DNA of 64,000 nt from Bdellovibrionales bacterium (GTDB taxonomy: Bacteria; Bdellovibrionota; Bdellovibrionia; Bdellovibrionales; UBA1609): NCBI GenBank assembly GCA_965261545.1, contig CBDHDF010000011.1:448001-512000 (forward strand), written 5' to 3'. The translations under genes were made by a program, and so were the position numbers. The notes below the pieces were generated by a model. That model ran no database searches and was not told where the DNA came from. It was given only the letters and a program-made list of their open reading frames with translations. Below, one piece after another: positions 21,982 to 31,336 of the stretch. Positions within the stretch are counted from its first letter, which is position 1, and the number at the start of each line of letters is the position of its first letter.

Positions 21982-22043
21982 ACTGTGGGTGAGTTATCAA
22001 AAAAAACTTCTGGGAGAAGCCTATGAAGCTATGGAAGACACAG

Positions 22044-22089
22044 TCTGCATATCGGTTGGATTGGTGGACGCTCCCAACCGATATGCAGA
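22044..22089. other. attP-like B/C junction
   Basis: Perfect 16-bp inverted repeat TCTGCATATCGGTTGG / CCAACCGATATGCAGA around a 14-bp spacer containing TGGTGGA. Confidence 0.85.
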
Positions 22090-22678
22090 ATCCGACCTCA
22101 ATTCTGAACTATCAATAGAATCAACCACTTGTATAACTTCTCCCTCCATCTCGGCGACCATGCTCAAGGAAAAATATCTTAAAAATCAGCTCTCCATGAG
22201 GGCCATTTCCAAAGAGCTTGCGTGCTCAAGAACACATATCAGGGACCTACTTGTTAGGTATAATATCCCCCTCAGAAAATCATATGCACACCCCCGTTCC
22301 ATTTATGGCAAGAAGAAAATTGGCGGTAAACTGATTGACCACAAAATTGAGATAAAAACAGCAGCCACCATCAAAAGCATGTATGAAGACGAGGACCTTC
22401 GCCCCACAGCCATTGCAAGACTTCTCAATATCATGAAAGTGCCCACAAGAAAGCAGGGCAAAGGCTGGCACCACGACATGGTCATCACCATCCTCAAGAG
22501 AGAGGGGATTTACAAGCAAACTCGGACGGGAGGACAAACAAGAGGCACATTGAAAACAAAATCAAGAACGAAATCAAAAAACAAAGAGAAAATATCAACA
22601 ACAACTGGCTCCCCCCATAGTCTCGATGGGCATGGGGACCTAACAAAAGGAGAGCAAAATGAATACAGACATCGTTAA
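22061..22678 (+). CDS. left-end HTH/recombinase-domain ORF, in frame with the integrase across att
   Basis: Homolog of 9266-9874. Reads CISVGLV-DAPNRYAES continuously through the junction. Confidence 0.65.
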   Translation: MVDAPNRYAESDLNSELSIESTTCITSPSISATMLKEKYLKNQLSMRAISKELACSRTHIRDLLVRYNIPLRKSYAHPRSIYGKKKIGGKLIDHKIEIKTAATIKSMYEDEDLRPTAIARLLNIMKVPTRKQGKGWHHDMVITILKREGIYKQTRTGGQTRGTLKTKSRTKSKNKEKISTTTGSPHSLDGHGDLTKGEQNEYRHR

Positions 22679-22875
22679 GGTCATTATGACTATTTTATTA
22701 CTCTTGGGCTCAGGCTATGCAGCTCCCACCATTTTTGCAAAAATAGAGCAAATGGCTCTCATTCGAATTGCCAAAGGGCTCTCATCCTCGGAGCGATTCG
22801 CTGAAAAGCTTACTGGGAAGAAACTGAATTTTTAGCTTAGGAGATGGGTGTTAAGGAATTTCTGAACTTTATCTC
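22062..22875 (+). repeat. left-end module, copy 2
   Basis: Diverged direct repeat of 9267-10071. Confidence 0.9.
22659..22835 (+). CDS. 58-aa membrane/secreted peptide, copy 2
   Basis: Same length and RBS as 9855-10031, with mostly synonymous or conservative differences. Confidence 0.65.
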   Translation: MNTDIVKVIMTILLLLGSGYAAPTIFAKIEQMALIRIAKGLSSSERFAEKLTGKKLNF

Positions 22876-22943
22876 TGCACCACCTCTTAGGGCTCCTTCC
22901 TTCCATATTAATACAACGACTCATAATTTTTCTTATAGATTGG

Positions 22944-23313
22944 TTAATTTTTCGTCAGCTCTGACTGGATGGAAAGAGCTTGTAATCGCTGATAGGATGG
23001 CTTTCAAGGTGATAAATATAATGCAATACAGCATTTTCTTGGGGGTCATTTTCCCTGTAAGTCCAGCAATTCCCGCCGAAAGATGGTTTTAGCTACTGTA
23101 GCCTGTTTTAACCTATTTGCTAAAAAATGATTTCGTAAAGACTAAAGTCCAGAAATTCCTAAAATAAGCCCCTACCATTCATAGATTTCTCCTCAAAGCA
23201 AAGCCGAAAAATCTCGGCGGGAATTGCTGCTGTAAGTCAGTCCTAATAGCCAATTACAAAATTTACTAGGAGCATTATTTCTTTCCATCCAGTCAGAGCT
23301 CACGAAAAATTAA
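22944..23313. mobile_element. outer MITE-like element
   Basis: 34-bp inverted repeats with 1 mismatch at 22944-22977 and 23280-23313. Confidence 0.6.
23064..23229. mobile_element. 166-bp MITE with 9-bp target duplication
   Basis: TIR CAGCAATTCCCGCCGA at both ends, flanked by CTGTAAGTC at 23055-23063 and 23230-23238. Confidence 0.85.
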
Positions 23314-23377
23314 AGGTAGGGTGAGCCCATTTTGTCAGATCGCCCTAAATGGCCTGGTTTAACCCGCCCATCGGGGC

Positions 23378-24600
23378 ATATTAGACATTGAACTCCCTCA
23401 ACCTAAACCAGTTCGGGCATCCACTATGTGTAGTGCACGGGCTAAAGTAGATGAAAATATATTTAAAGTTTTGCATGATGAAATTCTTAAACAAGACGGT
23501 ATATCCAATTCTAGTACCTTATGGAAGGGCCATAAGGTTTTCGCAGTGGATGGATCGAAAATAAATTTACCACGTCAACTCGTAGATAATGGGTATCAGC
23601 AACCATGGGAAAAAGCATGGTACCCTCAAGGTCTTGTCAGTTGCCTGTACCAACTACAGTCGAAGATTCCTGTGGATTTTGATCTCTTTGCCCATAACAA
23701 TGAGAGAAAGGCTGCACAAACTCATTTCAAAAAATTGTTTGAAAACGATGTTGTGGTTTATGATCGTGGCTATTATTCCTACGAAATGCTTCATGAGCAT
23801 AAGGTGCGAAGTCTGCATGCGGTGTTTAGGATAAGGAGAAATGCCAACACTGTTTTTGATGAATTTATTAATAATGATCAAAAAGACTCAGTGATCCAAG
23901 TCATTCCTAGCAAGCAAATTCTGAAAGAACTACATAAAAAAAAGCCACAAGACGACTTCAAAGCCTACGCTTTGCGTTTGGTCAAATATAAAATTGGACA
24001 AACTACTTTTGTTCTAGGAACAACCTTAATGGATCAAAAAAAATATTCCATTGATGATCTGGCCAATCTCTATCATTGACGCTGGAGTATAGAGGAACTG
24101 TACAAAATATCCAAAGAACTGATGACCATTGAAGAGTTTCATTCTCAAAGTGAAAGGGGAGTCAAACAAGAATTGTTTGCACACTTCACACTTATCACTC
24201 TGACAAGATTATTTTCCAACTACACGGAAGACCGTCTTAATACATCTCAATCCCATAGTAAAAAACAAACCATGCAGACAAACTTTAAAAACAATTTACT
24301 GACAATTGCAAGAAATATTGAAGGTCTTTTTCTTCAACAAAAGGTAGTGCTTAGTAAAACCCTCAATTGCATCATTACAAATATGAAGACCTGCCGACAA
24401 AGGCTACGTCCGAATAGGCATTACGACCGAGTTTCTAGAAAACCCATCGGAGTATGGAGACCCAGTAAAGAGGTTAGGGGGGCTATGGCCAACGGATAAT
24501 CACATGGATCAAAAAAAAAACTTGGGGTTAGCCCACCCCGGAGGAGTTAGAGGTTCAAATCCTTAACCGAATGGGATCTCTCACTAAACGAATGCCATTG
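23378..24600 (+). pseudogene. IS4-family element, 5'-truncated, transposase with internal stop at 24077-24079
   Basis: AVDGS, YDRGY and LYH*RWSIEE motifs. GCCCATCGGGGC is repeated at 23366-23377 and 24601-24612. Confidence 0.85.
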
Positions 24601-24645
24601 GCCCATCGGGGCGGGTTAAGGTTCATCGAGTTTGAAGAATCTCAG

Positions 24646-27600
24646 TCAAGGAGATTGAGGGTTTGTGGGGTTCGCAGGATTGCTGACATCGATGACGAAG
24701 ACGTCGATATCGGTGCGGCGTGCTTCGGGGAGGCGATCGATCAGCAATTCTTGGAGTCTACCGGGAGTCTTGGGCTGCTCGATGTCATCGGGGTGCCTCT
24801 TCAATTTCTTTTGGGGTAGTACATTTTCTCCAAACCAGAGAACAATATAGACGCCACGGCCTTCTGCACGCCAATCCCGTGTATAGTTTTCGAGTTGGTC
24901 GTTGGCGGCGTTCCATACGTTGGGATGCCACTGCCCCTTGATTTCGGCCGGCAATCCAATGTTATTGCATATCGCAGCGATGTCTACCCGTTTTTGATTG
25001 GGCATATGCATTTCCGGTTCGAATCGGATGGACTCTGGCAATTGCTGCAAAATACATTCGATCATTCTATTGCGGCAGAAGTTTTCGTCCTGCGGTTCGT
25101 CTTTATCTTTCCAGTAAACTTCCCATATATCGGTATTGCTGCCTTGAATTCGTTCTTGGAGTTCTTCCAATCGATCCGCAAAGTAAGATCGCATGTCATC
25201 GATCGTCTCGGGCAAATCGTCCTTCATTACAGCTTGGAGTTCCTTGATCTTGGGCGGAACATAATCGTGGTCTCGCTGGACTCTGTGTTGGAGTGCCAAC
25301 GCATGTTTCAAGCAATTGATGTAGCTTGGAGCGTGGTTATCAATTAACCTTTGTAATGCTTCGGTTGCTTCGGACTGAGGGTGGCCAGCGATGGCGTCGA
25401 TTGCGTCTTGGATGAATTCTGTTGCGTCCCAAGGATTCAGGTTGTCCGGTGTAACTGTAACTGAATTTGACTGGTTGGTTAATGACCACGTTGTACCGAA
25501 GTTCTCGACAATGAAGGCTAATTGGTTTACAGAAAATCTATTGAAGTGGGCATCTCTTCTTTCCGGTGAGACCCGATCACGTATGAACCAAAGAAAGTCT
25601 TGATGGTCTTCTGCCGCTTTTTTAAGTAATGTGCGGTATTTATCGAAGTCAATGTCATAGCCCGCCGACAACCATAGGAGCCTCTCTCTGACTACACCAC
25701 AGCCACTCAATCTAGGGTCGACGGCGCTCGTCGCTAATGGGGAGTTTACCATGATGCGGTCACTTACCAAGTTACGTACTATTTTCAGTTGGGTCTCGTC
25801 GCTCCGGAGGGCACATATAAGTAGGGTCTCCTGGTTGGAGAGGGGCATTGCTTGGTAGCGAGATAGCCAATCGACAGCAAGTCGCCTCGCTAAGTTAGTA
25901 AGGTGAGAGTTATTAGTAAGTCGATATAACTCATTGATATGTTCAGAACCGCATTCAAGTTGAGGTTCAATGCTTGTACAAAAGTGTGTTTCCCAGTCGG
26001 ATTCTTTTTGGAATAGCACCCTTTCAATCTCCTCACTAATATTGTTTCCCATGGTGCTGAAAGTGAACTGTTGCAAAGCCAAAGCCATGTAGGTTGCAAA
26101 AAGCGTGTCTCGATTTACTGCATCAAGTGAATGATTACGGCGAAGCATCTCGGCGACACCGCAGATCATCGGGATTGTGGCATTATCAGACTTGTTATCG
26201 CAGTAAAGTTCAGCAATCTTCGAGGAACTCGGCAGGTCGTCACGTTCAAGCACGCTGATAAAGCCTAACATCACTCGTTCGCCGAGTTCTTCACCGAGAA
26301 AATCATGCATTCGGCTTTCTGGGGATGTGTTAGGGTCAAAAAGTTCATGCCCATTCAAACATGCGTGGTCCAAATAGACGAAGGCCGGTTTAGAAAGAGT
26401 GTAGATATCAACGGTGTCAATATCACTCACCTGCGCTGCAAGATTGTTGCAGTGCTGTTGAAAAACTTGGTCTCGTTTTGCTTTCCTCTCTACTTTTTGC
26501 TCCTTTTGCATGGTTTTCCACTCTGGCTCAGAAACAGGAATATTTATCAATTCATCGAGAATAGTCACTAATTTCTCATTGCCGTTTGCCACCTCTATGG
26601 CAGCTTTGTACACGACAGGCGCAAGGCCATTTTCGGTTTGTCCGAATTGCAAAAGATTGCGCCACATATCCGGGTCAATCGCCCCATTGTCTACACGAGT
26701 TCGCAAGGTTGGTAGAAGATCCGCAATATCTTTGGAATTTGGAAACAAATCCAGACCAGTACTGGGGAGGCGACATACCTTTTTCACAAAATTGTCTGCA
26801 CAGGAAGTCAAACATATATGTTTTTGAAGTGCTTGACGGAGTGCTTTATTGTCGCAGAATATTGAAGCTAACATTTTAACCATGTCACTGCAGTAGTCAA
26901 GGTCTCCGTTCCTCCACACAATCCATGACCATATGCGGCTGGGTTTAATCGTCGAATCAGCTGTGAGAATTTGAGCCATAAGGTAACTCAGAATGTCTAC
27001 GATGAATTGGCGTTTTGATGAATATTTGTTGTCATCGAATAGCGGCTTTGCATGCTTCGCTATGCCGTCAAGCAATGTGGGGAGTTGATTGGTGTTAAAG
27101 TTTTGGAAGACACTGTTAAGTAGGTGCTGAGGTTTGTACGATGCTGATGTGGCATTCGGATTATCCACAAACTTAGCATAATTGATAATAATGTCAATGA
27201 TAATCCTAAGAGACAGTGTGGATGCTTTAATATCAGCGAGGATATCGCCTGCTAACTGTGCAGAATCGGAGTCATTCAGGTTGAGGAGGCTGTTAACTAT
27301 TTCTTCCTGTTTTTTTTGATCAATATTAGTGTGGAGCGCCTTCCAGGCGTACAATCGCGAGTGAAAAGTGCGAGTCTGGTCGAGCATTATATTTTTGAGT
27401 GTCTGCACTAGTTCTTTTTCTTTCGCCAGTTTGGTCCCAGCCATCGCTTCGAGTAGGAGTTCGTTGAACTGCGTGGAGCATTTAGGCGCAATTTCCGAAA
27501 GAATCTCCTCTCGAAGCTCCGACCTCATCAGACCAGAGGCAGAATGCCTACCCCAGCCTTCCAATTTAAAATAGGAGTCTTGCTCGAAAAGTTTTTTGAG

Positions 27601-28761
27601 TCCAAAGAAGAGGGTTCTTGCTTGGCTAAGCTCAAGCCTCTCTGTATCGCCATAGAGTAGAACAGCGTAGGGATCAGCGTCGATGCAACGGCCGGCCAGC
27701 GCACTGCTGAAATGTGCCATCCATGCGTTCAGGCCACGTAGCGAGGTCGGTACACCTTCGTTTTGACGGAAGAGGTTGAATATTCGTTTTTGGGAGAGGC
27801 CATCATCAAAGCAACGTGCAAGCCATTTGGCACCGAGAAACTCTGCGATCACACGGTGAATATGTGAAAATTTGCATTCACTTTGACTTTGAAACAGGCG
27901 AGTTTTAAGCACATCATTTGCCGCTTTGCTGCGCGGAAGTTCTTTGATATCTGATATGTGCAGGAAGCCATCGGGCACATCTGAGTAGGGACCTGTGTAA
28001 ACGCCAGCGCAGTCACATAACAGCTGCATTGCACAGATTGCACCGGTGGCTAAGAGAAGTTCTTCTTTGTTCGTCATTACATGGGGATCTTCGTGATGGT
28101 ACTGATTTTCTTCTTTGAGCATGACACCACAAGCACTATCGAAGAGTTGGGCACGGGTGTTCGGGAGCGGATCTGAATTTTGTGCGACCTCGCCGAGCAT
28201 TCGTAGGGTTAGGGGATTTCCGTAGAGGGCCTCTATCCCACAATGCTCAAGGTGATTCAGGAGAACTTCAGCATCAATCTTCGGAAAATCTAACGACAAG
28301 AAGGAGTACGCATTGTCACGGGTAAAGGGTTGCAGGTGAAGCAGCCTAGGGACTACACCGTAGTCGTCTTTGATCTTGACTCGATCTACAGTCAACCAGT
28401 CGGCCTCACGGCAAGAGAGAACAAATTTGGGGTAGTTCATTGCCGAAAGCTTTTCGAGTACTTTTTCGATCGCGCTGCCGGGCGCAGCAGAAGCAATCTC
28501 GTCAAGCCCATCTATAATAATGACTCTTTGACCTGCGGAGATCAAAGAATCGGGTTTGGGAGTACGGGTGAGTTTGTCAGCGGAGATATACTTCGCACCG
28601 GGTTGTTTACTGAGTGCCTTGGTGAGTACGGTTTTTCCCAGACCTGGGTCACCGAGAATCACAACTGGACAATCAAATTCTCCGATTTTGTCTTGTTCTA
28701 GGGTTGTCCTCTCACACTCAGGGCCATCGTAGGCAAGTGTTCTCATAATTGGGGCGAGCAT
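24646..28761 (-). CDS. NACHT/STAND NTPase with C-terminal PD-(D/E)xK nuclease-like domain (Avs2-like candidate)
   Basis: GDPGLGKT, IIDGLDE, LSCR, GNPLTL. C-terminal EPE...RVDI...EIKGQWH...QL..Y...GVYIVLWFG. Confidence 0.75.
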   Translation of the reverse strand: MLAPIMRTLAYDGPECERTTLEQDKIGEFDCPVVILGDPGLGKTVLTKALSKQPGAKYISADKLTRTPKPDSLISAGQRVIIIDGLDEIASAAPGSAIEKVLEKLSAMNYPKFVLSCREADWLTVDRVKIKDDYGVVPRLLHLQPFTRDNAYSFLSLDFPKIDAEVLLNHLEHCGIEALYGNPLTLRMLGEVAQNSDPLPNTRAQLFDSACGVMLKEENQYHHEDPHVMTNKEELLLATGAICAMQLLCDCAGVYTGPYSDVPDGFLHISDIKELPRSKAANDVLKTRLFQSQSECKFSHIHRVIAEFLGAKWLARCFDDGLSQKRIFNLFRQNEGVPTSLRGLNAWMAHFSSALAGRCIDADPYAVLLYGDTERLELSQARTLFFGLKKLFEQDSYFKLEGWGRHSASGLMRSELREEILSEIAPKCSTQFNELLLEAMAGTKLAKEKELVQTLKNIMLDQTRTFHSRLYAWKALHTNIDQKKQEEIVNSLLNLNDSDSAQLAGDILADIKASTLSLRIIIDIIINYAKFVDNPNATSASYKPQHLLNSVFQNFNTNQLPTLLDGIAKHAKPLFDDNKYSSKRQFIVDILSYLMAQILTADSTIKPSRIWSWIVWRNGDLDYCSDMVKMLASIFCDNKALRQALQKHICLTSCADNFVKKVCRLPSTGLDLFPNSKDIADLLPTLRTRVDNGAIDPDMWRNLLQFGQTENGLAPVVYKAAIEVANGNEKLVTILDELINIPVSEPEWKTMQKEQKVERKAKRDQVFQQHCNNLAAQVSDIDTVDIYTLSKPAFVYLDHACLNGHELFDPNTSPESRMHDFLGEELGERVMLGFISVLERDDLPSSSKIAELYCDNKSDNATIPMICGVAEMLRRNHSLDAVNRDTLFATYMALALQQFTFSTMGNNISEEIERVLFQKESDWETHFCTSIEPQLECGSEHINELYRLTNNSHLTNLARRLAVDWLSRYQAMPLSNQETLLICALRSDETQLKIVRNLVSDRIMVNSPLATSAVDPRLSGCGVVRERLLWLSAGYDIDFDKYRTLLKKAAEDHQDFLWFIRDRVSPERRDAHFNRFSVNQLAFIVENFGTTWSLTNQSNSVTVTPDNLNPWDATEFIQDAIDAIAGHPQSEATEALQRLIDNHAPSYINCLKHALALQHRVQRDHDYVPPKIKELQAVMKDDLPETIDDMRSYFADRLEELQERIQGSNTDIWEVYWKDKDEPQDENFCRNRMIECILQQLPESIRFEPEMHMPNQKRVDIAAICNNIGLPAEIKGQWHPNVWNAANDQLENYTRDWRAEGRGVYIVLWFGENVLPQKKLKRHPDDIEQPKTPGRLQELLIDRLPEARRTDIDVFVIDVSNPANPTNPQSP

Positions 28762-28836
28762 TGGGGAACTCCATTCTGATGTCCTTTTAGTTTATAGGGT
28801 ATAACCATTTTCCATTCTTCTAAATCTTCTTCAAAA

Positions 28837-30336
28837 TTAAATCACAACACAAACCCAAGCTCCATGGGCACCTTTCTGATTACCAAAAGTTATCTTACCA
28901 CCCCATGATTCAATGTCGAGTCTGGCTGTGTAAAGGCCTAGGCCATGGCCGCCTTTTTTTCCGTAGGTGAAGCCTTGAGTGCCTATGTGAGGGAGGGCTT
29001 TGTCGCTGAAACCTGGGCCTTCATCTGTGATGCATATGGAGATGGAGTTGTCTTGCTCTTTCATATGAATTTTAATCTCGCCTATTTGGTCTACCTCTCC
29101 TTCTTTTAGGCTTTTGTGACCTTTGTGGTGACTATGGTGGTTGGTGTGGTCGCTGTGGTCGTGGTCTTTGAGATTGATGTAGCTGTCATGGTCGCCATCG
29201 CTTCCGGAGCTTGATTGGGAGGGGAAGTTTGGACGAAGATCCGTACGGGAGGGACTCAAGCTCATAGCTTCAATAGCATTGTTTAAGATATTGGTGATGG
29301 CAGCCTTAAAATCTATGGGGTCCACTTCTTTTGTGTATGAAGAGGAGAAGGGGCAGGATTGAACTTCTGAGATGACAAGGTCCTGCTTTTGGGAGTTTTG
29401 AAATCGAATTTCAGAGGCGGCTTGCTCAACAAGATTGTAGAGGTTCACTTTGGCAAGTGGTTTGTTTTTCTTGTATTCAAGAGCCTTGGAAACAGATTCT
29501 TCAATCTCTTGTATGGAACCTCTTAGCATCTCTTCTTTTTCTTTGTCAAAGCTATTTCTTAGGAGAGGGAGGATAGTATTTATATTGCTTAGAGGTGTTT
29601 TAATATTGTGAAGCACCTTTTGGGAGATCTCATGGGAGACTTTTTCTCTTGTGCTTTCAGAAACCATCTTTTTCATCTCATCCAGAGCATGGGAAAGATT
29701 CTTGATGGATTTAAAGGATCCCTTAAACTCTTGAGGAACGTTTTTATCAATCTCTCCTTTTTTCAGGAGGCGATTGAGAAGTAAGATAAATCGGTCAAGG
29801 TATAGATTCATTCCAAGTAGTGTCAATACCGTGAGAGCGATGGCGAAGAGGAAGTTCAATGAGAAGACCATGAGAACCTGAGGTGTTCCTAGGGCTCCAA
29901 AGGAATCTAAGGCGAATGTGATCTGAACGAGAAGCCCTTTGTTGATAAAGATACAATAGGCATGTTGGCCACTACCTGATTTGTAATAGGAAGAGGGCAT
30001 GTTAGGATTGCAAATAAATTTTGTTCCTGTGTTGGAGGTGATTTCTTCTTTTGATATGAGGTCATAAAATAAGATGGATTTTATTTTGACGCCCTCGGAT
30101 AGCTCTTTACTAAGAAGCTGCTCCATGACTCTTCGGTAGTTGCCTTCGCCAACATCTCTGGACAAAAGGCTTAAGGCGAGTTCAGATTGAGAAAGAACTG
30201 ATTCTTTGAGCAAGTTCTTTCTTTGAATATGAATAATAAAAAGTGTAAAGGTCAGGTTCAAAATAATAGCTATAAGAATAATCAGAGCAATAAGTTTTTT
30301 CTTACTTAAAGAACTAGGCCACGGGATGAACTTCAC
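28837..30336 (-). CDS. membrane sensor histidine kinase
   Basis: Two TM helices around a periplasmic domain. H-box LHNIKTPL, N-box NILNNAIEA, DEGPGF, GHGLGL. Confidence 0.9.
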   Translation of the reverse strand: MKFIPWPSSLSKKKLIALIILIAIILNLTFTLFIIHIQRKNLLKESVLSQSELALSLLSRDVGEGNYRRVMEQLLSKELSEGVKIKSILFYDLISKEEITSNTGTKFICNPNMPSSYYKSGSGQHAYCIFINKGLLVQITFALDSFGALGTPQVLMVFSLNFLFAIALTVLTLLGMNLYLDRFILLLNRLLKKGEIDKNVPQEFKGSFKSIKNLSHALDEMKKMVSESTREKVSHEISQKVLHNIKTPLSNINTILPLLRNSFDKEKEEMLRGSIQEIEESVSKALEYKKNKPLAKVNLYNLVEQAASEIRFQNSQKQDLVISEVQSCPFSSSYTKEVDPIDFKAAITNILNNAIEAMSLSPSRTDLRPNFPSQSSSGSDGDHDSYINLKDHDHSDHTNHHSHHKGHKSLKEGEVDQIGEIKIHMKEQDNSISICITDEGPGFSDKALPHIGTQGFTYGKKGGHGLGLYTARLDIESWGGKITFGNQKGAHGAWVCVVI

Positions 30337-31336
30337 CTTGCCTCCTTTCCATGATATCTTCTTTTAAAGATCCAGGTTGAAAAGGCCACATATTTTTCTT
30401 AGTCACTTGCACAGAGTAACCAGAAATTCTAAATTCTTTAAGGTGAAATATGTAAATATCGTCTATATGAAAATCACTGATTTTGTAGGTGCTTTTTTTG
30501 AGTTTGGAAAATCCTATTTTTTGAGTGGGAAAATAAGCATTTTGTTGTCTTTCTTCAAAAGCATAAAAATAAAAATGATCCACAAAATGAGTTACATTTT
30601 TAGATTTCCTTTGAGTCCTATCCTTCAATTTGTGAAATTCCCAATAAAATCTCCACGCTTCAAAGAACGCTTTTTCTAAGGATGAATAAATATTCTCATG
30701 ACAACCATATCCAAATATATTGTAAGGCACTTCATTTTGTGATATATGGCAACAAATGACAAAGAGTCCATAATCATTGGGGAGATGATAAAAATGAGAT
30801 TTGAGGTTATTCTTCATTCCTGAAAGAAGATTCAAAAGTCCCCATTTATAGATCCCAGTTATTTCTTGACACTCTTTCTTTCTGAGCCAAAAATCAAGAA
30901 CAACCTGTCTTTCAATGATCTCCCTGTAGGAGTTAAAAATGCCCATCAATGGATCCATGGAGAAACTTAGGCCATTGGAAGACTTTATTTGGTGTGTGTG
31001 GCTCTCAATTTTTTTAGAAAAATCAACCTTCAGCCCATTCATATTTTCATGAGAGATAGGTATTCTTTCAAAAAGTTCCCCAATACATCTCATTTGGGCT
31101 GTTTTTTGATTGTGCCCCTCACCAGTAGATTTGATGGTTTTTTTATTTATAAAAAGTTCACCCATATACCAGAAGAATGGTATAAGTGTTGGGCATCCAT
31201 TTGTATCTTTCATCTTTAATCGATCATCCTGAAGTAGGCAGTCAATGGATTTTTTAACGTCTGTGAAACGATATTTTTCCCCAAGTTTGTCTTTGGCGTC
31301 TGAGAAATGATTCTCTATGAGATGTGACACTCTCAT
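30314..31336 (-). CDS. YcaO-family protein
   Basis: GEG...A...GELFER, SSNG, EIIER and GYG...LEKAFFEA ATP-binding motifs. C-terminal HPVA. Confidence 0.8.
   Translation of the reverse strand: MRVSHLIENHFSDAKDKLGEKYRFTDVKKSIDCLLQDDRLKMKDTNGCPTLIPFFWYMGELFINKKTIKSTGEGHNQKTAQMRCIGELFERIPISHENMNGLKVDFSKKIESHTHQIKSSNGLSFSMDPLMGIFNSYREIIERQVVLDFWLRKKECQEITGIYKWGLLNLLSGMKNNLKSHFYHLPNDYGLFVICCHISQNEVPYNIFGYGCHENIYSSLEKAFFEAWRFYWEFHKLKDRTQRKSKNVTHFVDHFYFYAFEERQQNAYFPTQKIGFSKLKKSTYKISDFHIDDIYIFHLKEFRISGYSVQVTKKNMWPFQPGSLKEDIMERRQGEVHPVA

Larger units (their letters stand above)
20203..21982 (-). mobile_element. IS91/ISCR-like rolling-circle element
   Basis: Y2-type transposase plus an oriIS-like end CCTTTTATCCTTCCTATTCCC (minus strand, ending near 20203). 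The terIS end is not defined. Confidence 0.75.
9267..22068. mobile_element. element B: decayed ICE-derived defence island
   Basis: Bounded by TGGTGGA cores. Shares its left end, a histidine-kinase fragment and the last integrase codons (EDTVCISVGLV vs EDAFCISVGMV) with element C. No T4SS or intact integrase. Confidence 0.75.

Noticed and set aside
21911..22060. N-terminal part of the 255-aa ORF as a real gene start
   Set aside because: It is a chimera of antisense IS91 sequence and the remnant integrase end.
24077..24079. In-frame TGA in the IS4 transposase as recoding or an alternative genetic code
   Set aside because: The element is also 5'-truncated and many intact genes here end in TGA. 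A nonsense mutation is simpler.
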